Below are positions 11,996 to 24,380 of a DNA stretch of 38,706 nucleotides, piece by piece. Numbering within the stretch: the stretch's first letter is position 1; each line of letters opens with the position of its first letter. The DNA lies in NCBI GenBank assembly GCA_964255285.1, contig CAXUUL010000066.1:1-38706 (forward strand), written 5' to 3'. Origin of the DNA: Ionaspis alba (taxonomy: Eukaryota). A program made the position numbers and the translations under genes. Under the pieces are notes generated by a model, which saw only the letters and a list, made by a program, of their open reading frames with translations, was not told where the DNA came from and did not search any database.

Positions 11996-12568
11996 TCAAC
12001 AGATGATCTCGCACTCATCCTCCTCCTCCTCATCAAGCTCCACCTCACTTCCCTCGTCCTTACTAGTCTCACTCCCTCTTCTCTCACTAATCCTCTCCCA
12101 CCTCTCCCTTTCCCACTTCTCTTTCTTCAGTCTCCCCCTCTCCTTCTCCCTTTCCCACTCCCTTCCCCACTCATCCCCCAACACAGCTCGAATCTCACCC
12201 CACTCCCTCTGCCTCTCCTCCTCTTTCTCCTTCTCAACCCTCTTCCTCTCATCCTCTCTCGTCCTTTCCAATTCCTTCTCCAGCCTCGCAATCCGCTTTT
12301 CCAAGCCCTTCTTGTGTTGCTCCTGCCCCGAGATCCGGCTCCGCAGATTCTTGGCCGTCCATTGGTCATTGATATGCAGGCCAGCGAGCTGGGTGGCGAG
12401 CGTGGTGATGGTGGAGGTGCGCTCAGCGAGAGCAGTTGTGTTGGAGGAGAGAGCGGCGAGGAGGTCGGAGGGATCGGATAGAGGAGTTCTGCTTGGGGAG
12501 GGTGAGCGTAGATGCTTCTGGCGCTTTTGGCGAGGCATTGTGGTGTGAAGGGCGCTGCGCATAGCCAT
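11996..12568 (-). CDS. Hypothetical E/R/K-rich coiled-coil protein, 190 aa
   Basis: Intronless ATG-initiated ORF with heptad-like LEKRIARLEKELER and an acidic tail. No family recognised. Low-complexity DNA next to the gap could keep such a frame open by chance. Confidence 0.5.
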   Translation of the reverse strand: MAMRSALHTTMPRQKRQKHLRSPSPSRTPLSDPSDLLAALSSNTTALAERTSTITTLATQLAGLHINDQWTAKNLRSRISGQEQHKKGLEKRIARLEKELERTREDERKRVEKEKEEERQREWGEIRAVLGDEWGREWEREKERGRLKKEKWERERWERISERRGSETSKDEGSEVELDEEEEDECEIIC

Positions 12569-12699
12569 CGACGTTAGTATATCGCATCAATCAAATGCTC
12601 ACTCGATGTCTCTGATAAGTTACAATTCTATACGGGAGGCCGTCGACATACCTTTTTGTGATTTGTTCGCTTAAAGATCGAGGGAAAGAGGGTTATGTT

Positions 12700-12799
12700 N
12701 NNNNNNNNNNNNNNNNNNNNNNNNNNNNNNNNNNNNNNNNNNNNNNNNNNNNNNNNNNNNNNNNNNNNNNNNNNNNNNNNNNNNNNNNNNNNNNNNNNN
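12700..12799. other. Assembly gap (100 N, probably a placeholder of unknown size)
   Basis: Run of exactly 100 n characters. Confidence 0.99.
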
Positions 12800-12888
12800 A
12801 AACACACGGGCACCCTCCCCCTTTCCTCTTCCCAATTCCATTCACATTCCCATTCCCAATCCGAATCACGAATCCCATACTACAATCA

Positions 12889-15800
12889 TCACCCAGCGCC
12901 CCCCTCCCACCCATACCCTCCCATCGACCCACCACCATGACTCTGTTGCATCATCTGAAAAACACCGTCATCCATAAACAATCCCGCCAAATCAGCCTCT
13001 TCCCCAAACGCCATCCCCATCGCCTGTTCGAGGCCAGGGTTAATCGGCAAGCTCTGATAGCCACCATTTGAGTAGGCGTTGGGGTCGGGGTAGGAATGGG
13101 CGGTCGGGTAGTATGTGTGTGTTTCGGAATGGTAGTTCGCGTGGTGGTCAGTGGGATATGGATGTTGGCTCGGTAGAGTTGGAGGAGGGTAGGTGTGCGG
13201 ATGATGAGCTGCCATGCTGGGGAGTGACGAAGGGGTGTGTCCGTTGCTGGCGAGGGTCGGCGCATGAGGCGGATACCAGGGTCCGGTATGGGGGGTGGGA
13301 GTCGTGGAGAGTTGGTGGTGAGTGGTTGAGGCGTCGTTTGTGGCGAGTTGGCTGAGGAGGTGGAGAGGAGTGTTGTTCAGTTGGGGGTGTGGCGGTTGTA
13401 ATTGATGGTGATGTAGATGGTGAGCTTGCTGTTGGTTTTGGGACGTTTGATCGGGATGTGAAGAAAGGTGCAAGGGTGGCTGTGATAGTTGTAGTGGTAG
13501 TGGAGGTGGCGGAGGTGGGTTTGCCTGAACATTGGGCTGTGGCATGCTGGATGAGCGGGCCTTTCGCACTGGTGGAGGTGAGAGACTCTCCATGGGTCTG
13601 TCGTTGTGCACCGATAGTTTTCGGTAACCGAGATGAGGAGTGCTACTCTCTGTATCGATAGGTTGGGCTTGTATATCAAGCTTCGGACCGCGGAATCCGC
13701 CTCCGTTCGCTCGATGCCTATTGTCTTTGAGCCGTTCATACCAACCTTTCAACATTCTCAGAGCCAGGTGGAAGTTTCGTGCTGGACGAGACCTGTCATT
13801 AGTAGCAGCTTGCTGTAGCAAATCGAGCAGTCGGTTGAGATATGATTCGACCCGCATCAAGGACGGAGGCATGAGCTTTGTGATTCGGCACTCTGGAGTC
13901 AGGACATTGGAGTAGAGGCGGAGTTGGAAGACCACTGTATAAGCCATTCTTACGAAGTGAAAACCGGGAATGGTGCGAATGTCGTCAGCGGTTAGTGACA
14001 AGAAATTGTCGAAGACCTCGTATATAGCCTCGAGACAGTTTCGCATGGCGCCAACTTGGACGGATGTCGGAGCTTGTAAATACTCAAGTTTATTGCCTGC
14101 ACTCTTAGCAGGCCTTTGTGGCTCGTCGATACATTCGTCGGCATAATAGAGCCGAATGCGTGTATGCTTCACGTACATGTTGATAAAACAGAACGCGATC
14201 GTAAGGGATACTGAAAATTGGTTAGTAAAAATTCTGGTGACAATGTCAGGTCGACCCCTATGAGCATGTCTTACATGACTTTAATCCTGCCGGTAGTTGA
14301 TTCTTCCACTCGTCAAGTTTCTTCTCGAACCTATGAACGGACTCTTCCATGTCAGGATTTATAATTGATGAGATGCCAAAGTCTTCCAACTTGAAAGAAG
14401 CAAATATCTGGTCCGTCAGGTGCCTCAATTTGATCCACTGTATGAGAAGCTTGTCCGAGGGTAAGGAATCCTTGGCGTTTTCCAGGTTTTGGATACACAC
14501 CTCGATGTGTGGATTCCATGGAAGCAGGTTTGGCTGTCGAGTGTTCGCCGCCGTACTTTGTTCACTGTGTTAGCCAAGAGAACGGATCAAGCACATACAA
14601 GATAACTAACATTCCACTGAGCAAGTAACAGCCAAGCCACGCTCGGTTGCTTACTGTGCTTCCAGCATCGGCGGTGGCATCATTCGGTTTCCGGTTATCT
14701 TTCCACAGTGTCAATGCAAACCCAGTCGTTAATTTGAATGGTCGCCCTAAACCCATACCCATGGCCATAATGGCAGCCATGTGCACGAATTGGTATGGTC
14801 TCGAGTCTTTGTGTTCCTCGGGCGAGTACCACATAGAAGAGATTTGGAGAGCCTGTATTAGCTCCATGGACTTCTCGCCTCTGACGAAGATTCGATCAGC
14901 ATAGACGTGTGTCAACTCGCGAAAGAGTATCGGCTGAAGATCAGGATGCTCATATCCTGCCGCCACGCTCAAAATGGCCAAGAATAGAGCTGGCTGCGTC
15001 CGACGTATTTCTCCAGCACCAGTGCCAGGATTGAATACCACGACCGGCATATGAGGTGCCATCTTGCCTGTATAGTGGTTGAACATCTTCGCAGCTGTTT
15101 CAGAGTCCAAGATCTTACGGTCAACAACATCGGCGTATTCATGACCAGGAAGGGAAGGATCAAAGCTGGTAACGGATGTAGCCTTAGTGACAGACTTAGG
15201 TAGCAGGTGTGAACGAGTATAGTTTGGTGCATTATATTCGTTCAGAAAAGTTTTCGTCTCCAAATCGTGCTTGGTCGAAGTTTTTGTTGGTTTCCAGACA
15301 TTTTCTTGGTCAGCCCGCTTTCGCTTTCGGCCATTTTTGGATGCCGTCGAGGAGACCATTGGGGACTGTTCCGGCTGTTGAAGCCATGGGCCGTTCCCTT
15401 TCCGCCCAGATATAGGTGTATCTATTCCACTAACGTTTGTAGATTCTGGCTCTTCCTGTACGTAGTCCCCTTCCGAACTTTCACCATCGCTCCCGCTCAT
15501 TGTCTGATTCTTGGTTGCCTGAAGACTGGCCGTCAGGGCATCAATCTTCTTCTCCAATTCAGCAACCCGACTATCCGTTTTCTTTTGTCTCTTGCGACTG
15601 GGCACAGTGACAATACATGAACGGCCCGCTTTGGCGCACCTCCGACATGTACCCTTCGCAGGATCCGGGACGCATCGTACTTTAAGACCACGGCAAGCCT
15701 CGCAGGCTCGAGGCCGTTTCGGGTCATCTTTGCGATCACTAGGCTGTTGTGGGCGTAACGTGTTTGCCAGTTCACTGCGTGTCTGAGGTTCTGGTACGGA

Positions 15801-16013
15801 TGTGGGGACGTGTTGGGGCCGAGAATCCTGCTGAACGGAGTAGTAAGGATGTCCAACATCTTGAGTTAACGACGGCAACCCGGGGTTGTGCTGCTGAGGA
15901 GGAGGCAGATGGATCGGGTTGAGCGTGTACGAGGAGAGCGATTGCGCTGGAGCATGTGCATACGCATCTGCAACCCTTTGCGACGTATCTCGAAGTCGAG
16001 GGTCAATGTCCAT
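12889..16013 (-). CDS. Zn(II)2Cys6 transcription factor with fungal middle-homology region (War1-like); 3 exons
   Basis: Start MDIDPRL at 16013. Zinc cluster RACEACRGLKVRCVPDPAKGTCRRCAKAGRSC followed by RVAELEKKIDALTASL. Middle region GEKSMELIQALQI...RAWLGCYLL. Introns from 14610 (acceptor ~14565 or ~14556, both in frame) and 14274-14211. P/Q/H-rich C-terminus. Confidence 0.9.
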
Positions 16014-17083
16014 GGGGGTGTGCTGGGTCGCTCGCCTTGGTTGGCCGGCGAAAATAATAAGAAGTCGGAGGTTGACAGTCACCGGCACGCCGCGCAGCGG
16101 CGCCGACTTTGACGCGCCCTTCCTGCCTTGTTTTGGGGGTTGATGGGGACTCTTTTGCCTGTTCAGTCGTGGTTTCAACGCAAACACATGGCAGACTTTG
16201 ATGGTGAACAATCAATTCCTGGAAGTTGAGGAGAGTGGTTGATAATTAACTTGCGAAAGATCATGGGACGCGTGTTAGCATCAACGGCACAGCATTACAC
16301 AACCTGACTACTGGAATCGATGGTTCTTCTACAGCCATTCAAGCCGACCTTTAATTCAAGGATCAATTGAGGAATGTAAAATGTCGGCATTTCACCGCCT
16401 CGCAGCTCCGATCAAGCCACGAGCTATCTGAAGCCTCCTAAGACGCCAGAAGCGAATGTGCAGCCAATGATATATCATCCTCACCTTCGTTGACCTGCAG
16501 GCCCGTTATATCTTCCACGTTTGGCTGAGATCCCTTCCAGAACCATCACGATGACACACAGCGGATCATTCAGGGGGACTGACGGACAGCAACAGTTGTA
16601 CCTAACGAGGACACTGCCTCTACCTATCCAAATATCCCCTCTTTGCTGCCTCTGCGAAACGGCTTTCCCAACACGCAAGATACCTCCTGCGCGAACCATG
16701 TCGTCGTACTTCATTGGAGAACAGAAAAGTCATACTTCCGAGTAGGACCAGGAGCCGGGGACGTTCTCAAGAAGCAGAGCGGTTGTGGCGTTTCGGTCGC
16801 CGACCAAAAGATGTCCGCGAAGCACGAGGGACCTTCACAGCCTCATTGAGCATACCAGCCTCTCGTACTCAGCCTCTTCAGTAATCCCTGACGAGCTCCC
16901 TTGTGATTAGGTTTTGATAAGCGAAAGGATGCATCCACTCTTGCCTGAAAAACTCGCCGCTCAGGTCCGAAATGTAGCTGCGGATTTAAGGTGAACACTC
17001 CGGGCCGGAAAGAATGTTCTATCGGCCGAAGTGCTCGTGGTTCAACCACGAATCTCGTCGTTGGCGAGCCGTATGTTGTCCTA

Positions 17084-17377
17084 TCACCCGGAGCTGACCG
17101 GAGGAATAATGGCAACCTCATCGCCCTCCTGAATTGTCACCGTTGGGGTGGCTCCGCCCTCGAAAGCGCCTTCAATATCAACGTATTCCAGATTGACCGT
17201 GACAGCACAGCTGCTAAGCACTCTCTGCTTGATACCAGGATACTTGCTTTCCAGACTGTCGAAAAGCTTGAATACTTCCAGTGGAGCAGGAAGATATTCC
17301 GATGATTTCTTGGTGAATGTTGCTGCTGTTGCGAAATACAGAATGGCGAAATGCCCTGCTGGTGGCCTTGAAGACAT
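17084..17377 (-). CDS. cnxG: Molybdopterin synthase sulfur-carrier (small) subunit, MoaD/MOCS2A/ThiS fold
   Basis: 97-aa ORF with ILYFATA near the start and GDEVAIIPPVSSG at the C-terminus, as in fungal CnxG. Confidence 0.92.
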   Translation of the reverse strand: MSSRPPAGHFAILYFATAATFTKKSSEYLPAPLEVFKLFDSLESKYPGIKQRVLSSCAVTVNLEYVDIEGAFEGGATPTVTIQEGDEVAIIPPVSSG

Positions 17378-18273
17378 CTCGGACGATGTTTGTACCTTTG
17401 AACGATGGTCAGTATGGTTGAATGATGAGAGATTCGGTGCGATACGGGTGTAATGGGGAAAGGTGGATCAGAATAATTTAGGATATCTGCATTAGGCCGA
17501 CCATGAGAGGCCATCATATTAGATAATACATGCTATATTAACAATTCATCAGGAGGACAATGCAAAATAGATATACTAGAATTACTACTTACTTGGTCTA
17601 TGAGGTGAATAAGTTGTGGTATGATATTCCGCGCTGGGAAGCTTTCTCCAAGAGGCAGTACTTCCGCCATTCCCAAAATTGAGGTTGCCGCACGGGCCAC
17701 CCAGCGATTTGCATTTCCGGTCTAGCATTGCATCAGTCTTCCCTGTTTCTCGTGCTCAAAAATATTTCTTCTGCTGTCAGATGGTGGTGACAAGATTCCA
17801 CCTTCTGGTCATGCTTTCGGTGTAGAGTTCAGGCCAACGTACCTTTTGCAGCTGAGGTTTGAACTCCAGTCTGACTGAACAGCGTCTGGCAGACGTGGTA
17901 AAAGGTGCCGGCGATAACACGCCATTTCAAGACATACACCAAAAGCGGCCTAAAATTCACCATTGTCTCCTGCTCTACTCTAGGCCCTCGAGTCCGAATG
18001 GCATGTAGACTTGCTTAATTCGTGATTTAAAAAGGCGAGCGTTCAGGATCGTTCTTGCCTTCTATATACGATCATCGTTATTCTATGATAATCTCAATGA
18101 CGCCTGCAAAGCTCGCAATATCTCTTTGTTTTCTGGAGGCGTTCAATCTCAAACAAATCACCAAATAACCGGGAAAAAGAGTATCTCATCCATCTCGTAG
18201 CCCACTTCCGTGGAGTCCGCCACCCGCAAGATAGTAACATCGACGATGTCCTGTTGGGGACTCGATCAGTAAG

Positions 18274-18695
18274 ATGGATTTCCGGCCCAGCTATGACCCT
18301 ATACACGGTAAGAAAAATCCACTTGTTGCTTACTGAATTGACCGTCCCTACCCTTAGTAGATACAATCCCCTACGAAATACTCGTCATCAATTGTCTTAC
18401 CGCCCCATCCAACCAAGTCCGCTCCGATCTTAAGCTCGTAGAACAGGCACCCCTCCCAGTACCGAGTCAACCTCTCGCCACCCTCACTGCAGTCAACGGA
18501 ACCGCTAAAATCTTAAAATATTGTCTCGCTCGAGGCGTCGTCTTCGACGCTGCCTTGAATACAGCTGTAGAACTCGGGAGTAACAACCCTGCTCTGGTCA
18601 GCCTCGTCTTGAAAGAAAACCGTGGGCAAACGGCAATCTACGAGAGCTATAGTCCATCGCAGCTGCGGGGATGGTTTGGAGACATCGATTGGTAG
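18274..18695 (+). CDS. Small spliced hypothetical protein (~122 aa), not in the ORF track
   Basis: Exon 18274-18307 (MDFRPSYDPIH), intron GTAAGA 18308 to TAGTAG 18357/18360, then an open frame TIPYEILVINCLTAPSNQVRSDLKLVEQAPLPVPSQPLATLTAVNGTAKILKYCLARGVVFDAALNTAVELGSNNPALVSLVLKENRGQTAIYESYSPSQLRGWFGDIDW*. TATA-like CTATATA near 18062. Confidence 0.6.
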
Positions 18696-19191
18696 CGAGG
18701 ACATGATCGATGGTTTACCAGTCGACGACCTGAGCCACATGCTTGTTACTTCTCACCACAAAATGGTCTCAAAACATTTTAGTAAACCCTTGGTCATTTT
18801 CTTAAAATCCTTTAACTCCCTGTCACGAAGATAACAACTGCACTTATTTGTTGGTTTAAAAATACGGCTATATACGTCTCGTAATCTGTGCGAACGGAGG
18901 TCTGTAGAGTTGTATTTTACCGACGAATATTATTCTTTGGCTTTGGCTTCTATTAATTAAACTTGTGGACGGAAGGATTTTGCAACGAGCGGTAAATTAG
19001 GCAACAATTTTAGACCGCAAGTTTAACTTCAGTATTATAAACGAGATTGATACATAGCTAGGCCAGTATTTTATTCTTGGCGTTATTTTTTCTCAAGCAC
19101 ATAAGAGAACGCCATAGGATAGCGGCGACCTAGCCTCCATGCCGTCAAAAGAAAGGCCGCGTCCAAAACTTGCATTACCTGGACTTTCGAA

Positions 19192-22100
19192 ATGATGACT
19201 GTGAGTGGACGAGTCTTCACTACATCTGTTCTTCTGCCTCTGGGACCTCTGAATGATGTCTGTTGGAGCTGCAGAGTACGACTTGGACATGCACGCCGTT
19301 CACTATCCAACGCAGCCTCTCTGCCCTCCAATAACTCGCAGCGCTCGCCATACGCAGTACGGCAATCCCTCATCCAACAGTTTCGCAAATATATTCACAC
19401 CTCTCGGTCTCTGGAGACGGAGCAGAGGGCTTCGAGGCACTGTGACCGAGGCTCCAGCGACGTAGCACATGCAGGAAGCCAGAGTTGCGCAGACGGCTCT
19501 TTGCCGTACCTTCGTTTCATCAAAGGTGTTTCAATTAGGAAGCACTTTTTGGGACAATATACGAAAAGGGATGGGGGCATACTTTCGAAAAGTTATGGGC
19601 ACGTTTTGGGGGACGGGATCACTAGGAAGCACTCTTTGAGAGAAGATACAAGAAGGGGCCGGTATTTATTGTGGAACACTAGGGAGCAAGCCTTTTCGAG
19701 ACACGATGCGAAAAGAGACTGGCCCATATGGCCGAGCGTGAGCCGACTCCCGACGAAGATACCTGCTTGGGATCAGTATTATGATGCTCGAGAAATAGAG
19801 CCTCAAAGTGAACAGAGGCACGGTCGGCCCCAGGAAGTGTACGAACACAGCGATATTGGGACTACGTCAGAGGAATTTCTGAAGACTGCGCAACAACGTG
19901 CAAGATATGACACGAGGCCCTCGAAACCCACACTCACCCAAGGAAGTGCACCAGGATCCGAGAACTCGTCGTATGGCCAAAAGCTAGAGCGACATCTACT
20001 AAGGAAGGCACAGCCCGCCTCCAAGCGTACCGGGTCTTCTCTCGATCGACGTTTTCCGCCTTCGGCTGCCCACTCATCCCTCAAAGACCTTCAGAGGCGA
20101 GCGTACTCAACAACTGCTGTAGGTGAGGGACATAGGGCTTCATTCTACCGAATAATACTAACTCGACCAGGCTCGTACTGCAATATCGCGAGCTTCTGTG
20201 GCAAGCTCTTCTGGAGATACACCTCCAATCTTTCCGCGTCTCGACAGTGGGGAATGCAGCATACGCGAGAGGCTTCGACAATGGCAAGAGGAGCAAAACA
20301 TGATGGCAAGCAAATCGTCTGATGACATGAATACAAGACCTGGCTCGATACTCCAGAATTTTATTACGCGCGCCCAAGAAAACAATCGGTTGATCGAGTC
20401 GATCCAAGAAGAAGACCAAGCTATGGGAAAGCTTGGAGTTGCGGTTGGTGAGGATTCTATCGCAGAATCAACAGATCACGCGGCGTTCCTCCGCCAAGGT
20501 GACCTGGTGGAGCTTCTGTACGATTTCTTCTGATAACCGTCGTGAGATTATGTGCTAAAAAGCTGTAGAACATTCGACCAACCTATCCTGGCAATTTATA
20601 TACGAACATTTCAGAGGCAAGCCCAGTTTTACACCATGGACGGAAGATGGGTTCACCGGGTACCTCGCAAGGTCTATTTCTCCATGCCTGGGTTCGCATC
20701 ACGTTCTGAGGTGGCTCCCATCCTCCCATATCTTCCCCAAACCGAGGTGCCAGACGAAGAACTTGACCAATTTCAAATACTAGATCTAAAGGTTCCAAGA
20801 TCTGTGGCGGTTCAATTGGTAGATCGTATGGTCATGTTCTTCCAAGCGTCAGACAAGGCGTATCGAACACATGCGGACAAAATTGATAACGCCTACGAGC
20901 TTCTGGCGGACGAGAAACATATGGTATATGCAACACTCTCGGAGATTGCGTCCAAGGTTCTTGAAGAGCCAGATGAGTCTAAAATCTCGAAATCAACGCT
21001 GTGGGCAGTTCACCGCGCTCTAATCTCGCGCGAAATGGGGTTTGCAGTGGACCACCGGGACCATCGGAGCTCGGGTCACTTCGAGATTCTGGCTCGGAGG
21101 GAGGTCAAAACGAATTTGCAAGTGAGAAAGTGGCTGCGCGAATACCAGGAAGATGTTGTCACACGAGCAGCCTCCAGCAAATCCAGTGGCAAGAAAACGA
21201 CTGGCTCCGAGTTGCACGGGTCGTCAGTCATCCTCGACTTCGTTGAGCGAGCTCGTGAGATCATAACGGAAAGCCGAAAGTATCGTGCCGTTACGCAAAC
21301 AGGTTCTATAGGGCCATGTTCGGTGCAACCTGGGCCTCAGCGACAATACTGGACAGAAAATGAGATCGTTGGTCGGAACGTTACTATGGGGCCTTTTACA
21401 AGCAGGCAACTGGTGATAATTAGATTCATGGAGTACTGGGCTGCAAGGCGCTCCATCAAAGCTACCTCCACCCTCGCCTCGATGGGACCCATGATACTTC
21501 GAGCTGTTGGTATGTATGACGGCTTTCTATTGAACGAGATCACGGGATATACGTTTTTGCAGGAGATGGGAGTTCTTACGCCATGGGAGAATCGAGTCGC
21601 TTTCGACTCCAGACTCGCACTTCCTGGCCTTCATTTTGATCTGGTTACGGATAATCTGCAAGCCAAAGCAGCCGAAACTTTGGACAAATGGCAACCACAA
21701 GACTCGATGAAACACCTACGTAAGGACTGGAAAGATCTGGAGGTATTCTGCATCGATCAGTCTGATGCCGGAGAGATCGATGATGGTTTCTCAATCCAGA
21801 AAATCCAAGGAGACAAGAAGCATTACTGGGTGCATATTCATATTGCAAACCCAACCGCATTCATATCTCCCGATCATCCCATCTCCCAGTATGCGGCTCA
21901 ATTGACGGAAACGCTTTACTTCCCTGAGAGGCTTTATTGCATGCTAAGTCCTATCATTACCCAGCGCTACCTTAGCTTGAACAAAGACCGGCCAGCTTTG
22001 ACATTCAGCGCCAAAATGAGTGTCGAAGGCGACATCGTCGATTACGAGATCGTCCCGAGTATTGTGAGGAACGTGCGGTATCTCACGCCTGAGACTATAA

Positions 22101-23242
22101 GCAAAGCGCTCTCACCAAAGAAAGCAGTGTTTCGGCCCTGGAGGTCATTCCAAGTCGGAGTCTTTCCACCTCCTGACTCCTCTGATCGTCGAAGGCTGGC
22201 GTTAAACAAAACCCTGACCAAAAGCCAGAAAGCAGCCTTGCGAACAATACAGATGATAGGTGCAGCCCGTCGTCGGAAGCGGGAGCTCCTCGGGGCTATC
22301 AACATAACCTTGGAAATTCCAAATGTGTCGGTCCAACGTACGGAGAATAGTCAGCCGTATCGGACAATAGTCCGCAGAGTCGAAGGTGATCCAGCTATCT
22401 CCATAAAGGCAAAGGAGTTTGAGCCGATGCGGAGCAAGGAAACGTTGGAGAGCGAGGCTGCGGACCTCATGGTCCCTGATATAATGATTCTTGCCTGCGA
22501 AGTTGGTGCACTCTGGTGCAAGCAACGCGGCATACCAATGATCTATCGAGGGACTCAATTGAACCCGGAGTTGCCCTCACCTGCCGCCTACAAGGAGCAG
22601 ATTCTAGATCCAGCCGCCAAGAAATTTGGTTCTCCGCCGTTCCTGGTCATGTTAAACTACATCAAGCTGGTCGGCAGAAGTTTATCTTCTGTCGATCCGG
22701 TCCATCATGTTATCATCGGCACAGATGCCTACACCAAAATATCATCACCCCTCCGCCGTTATGGAGATATGGTTGGCCACTGGCAGATTGAAGCTGCCAT
22801 TCGCAGGGAAGCCGAGACAGGCAAGTCTCTAACCGGCAATACCGATAATTCCTATCTGCCCTTTTCTCGCGAAAAACTCGAGGCTATCATCCCGCGTATT
22901 TCTGCTCGCGAACGTATGATAGCGTCGTCCAAGCGGACTTCTTCGCGCCATTGGGTGCTTCAGCTTCTTCAACGTGCTTTTTTCTTCAAGGAATGCGAGC
23001 TACCAGAGACGTTCCGCCTCTACGTCTACTCGGCAGAGGATCTCAGAACGGGCACCATGTTGGCCAGGTCAAAGGAATTGGGTATCGAAGTAAGGCTAGC
23101 CAGGTCTCCAATCACGCAGGCTCAGGGTGGAATGCAGCTTGGCGATTGGTGGGAATGCAAGATGGCTGGTCTGGATATTTTTGCTAGGATCGTTAACATG
23201 GATGCGGTCAGATTGATCGAGAGACAGGGACAGCAAGTCTAA
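19192..23242 (+). CDS. cyt-4: Mitochondrial RNase II/RNB-family exoribonuclease (Cyt-4/Dss1-like), ~1315 aa; 3 exons
   Basis: Exons 19192-20118, 20171-20517 and 20569-23242, with phases checked. RNB motifs LRKDWKDLEVFCIDQSDAGEIDDGFS, WVHIHIANP, TLYFPE and YTKISSPLRRYGDMVGHWQI. Arg-rich presequence-like N-terminus. Confidence 0.9.
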
Positions 23243-24380
23243 TCAACTCAATCACCACAAAGATTACGATCACCCAAGAAGAGCAAACCAGTCGTATTAA
23301 AGCATTCAGGCCGCTTTGCTGTCACACGGAACAGCTGCGAATCTTTTGGTATGGATACAATCATGCAGGCAATGTCATCAATCAGATGCTGCCATATGAC
23401 ACCTTTGCTCTCCGCAATCTGATATGCTCGTTTGATGTCCGTGTCGCTTAAACAACCCTATGCTTCGATCAAGTGCATAGATGCATCGATGGTCATGCAT
23501 GCATGTCTAGATACGCGACGGGACCCAGGGCGGTAAAATACATATCCATAGCTGATCCAGTCGTCGTCTCCATGCACGTAATTAGTCGTATATGGTTCTG
23601 CTCGTCCAGACCCACCTATGATTTGGAATCGCAGTTATCCTTTCGACCGTTATGTTCGACATTACAGCTGCTGCTTCGTCCCAAGCCCACTGTCTTAACC
23701 CTTAGTCTAGCAGACCGAATGATAGGAACATATCACAACAAAATATAGACATACGCACTGTGTCATACGTATTGCATCCTGCACACATCCGGAGCATCAG
23801 AAGTCTGCCAATAACTTCTCCCTCTCAAACTTGTACGTCAAGGCCAAGCAAATAACACTCCCAGCCCCGCAAATCGTGACCAGCCCCACTACACCTCCAT
23901 CACAAGTCATGATGCCCTTAACTACCCCAGCTACACGGTATTTGGAATCGACAGATCGCCAAAGGTCGCCTATACTGCATGCAGCCCCAATGCCTCTGCT
24001 CCCTCACGCCCTAAGCCAGTCTAGAGCCCGCGGGGCTGCAGACCGGCTCACATCCGGGTCTCGGGACTCCGACTGCAGGAACGAATCAGTGTCGTCGCTC
24101 CCCGGAGATTGTCTGACGGTATGGGTAGACCGGATCGTGATGGAAGGAAGGGGAGGGAAGGGGAGCTATGACGAAGTTTGCTTGCCCCTCGCTGGCTGTC
24201 TTTCCGGAGCCGGGGCCGGGCGGAGGTGGGGGCCTAGGGGTGTTTATATTTTCTTTTGAGGTCGCTGAGGTTTCTCTTTCTGGAGAGTTTTTGTTGTTGA
24301 TTCAGTTGTCTACACGAACGCATATCTGCAACAAGCACAATATCTTTTGGAAGGCTTTAACGTTCGAGTGAATATCCATC

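Noticed and set aside
11876..12548. Long plus-strand Leu/Pro/Ser-rich ORFs
   Set aside because: Antisense shadows of a purine-rich minus-strand sequence.
17084..17095. CnxG ends SSG rather than the usual di-glycine
   Set aside because: As I recall, PPVSSG is the normal ending in filamentous-ascomycete CnxG, so it is neither a defect nor novel.
16843..17121. ORF overlapping the end of cnxG, as in the bicistronic animal MOCS2A/MOCS2B arrangement
   Set aside because: The translation has no MoaE motifs, and fungal large subunits (cnxH) are separate genes.
18780..19100. AT-rich stretch as a possible RIP-mutated transposon remnant
   Set aside because: No terminal repeats, target duplication or transposase-like translation visible.
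23494..23505. Palindrome CATGCATGCATG (and GGGCCGCGGCCC at 31059-31070)
   Set aside because: Isolated, short and low-complexity; compatible with chance in 39 kb.
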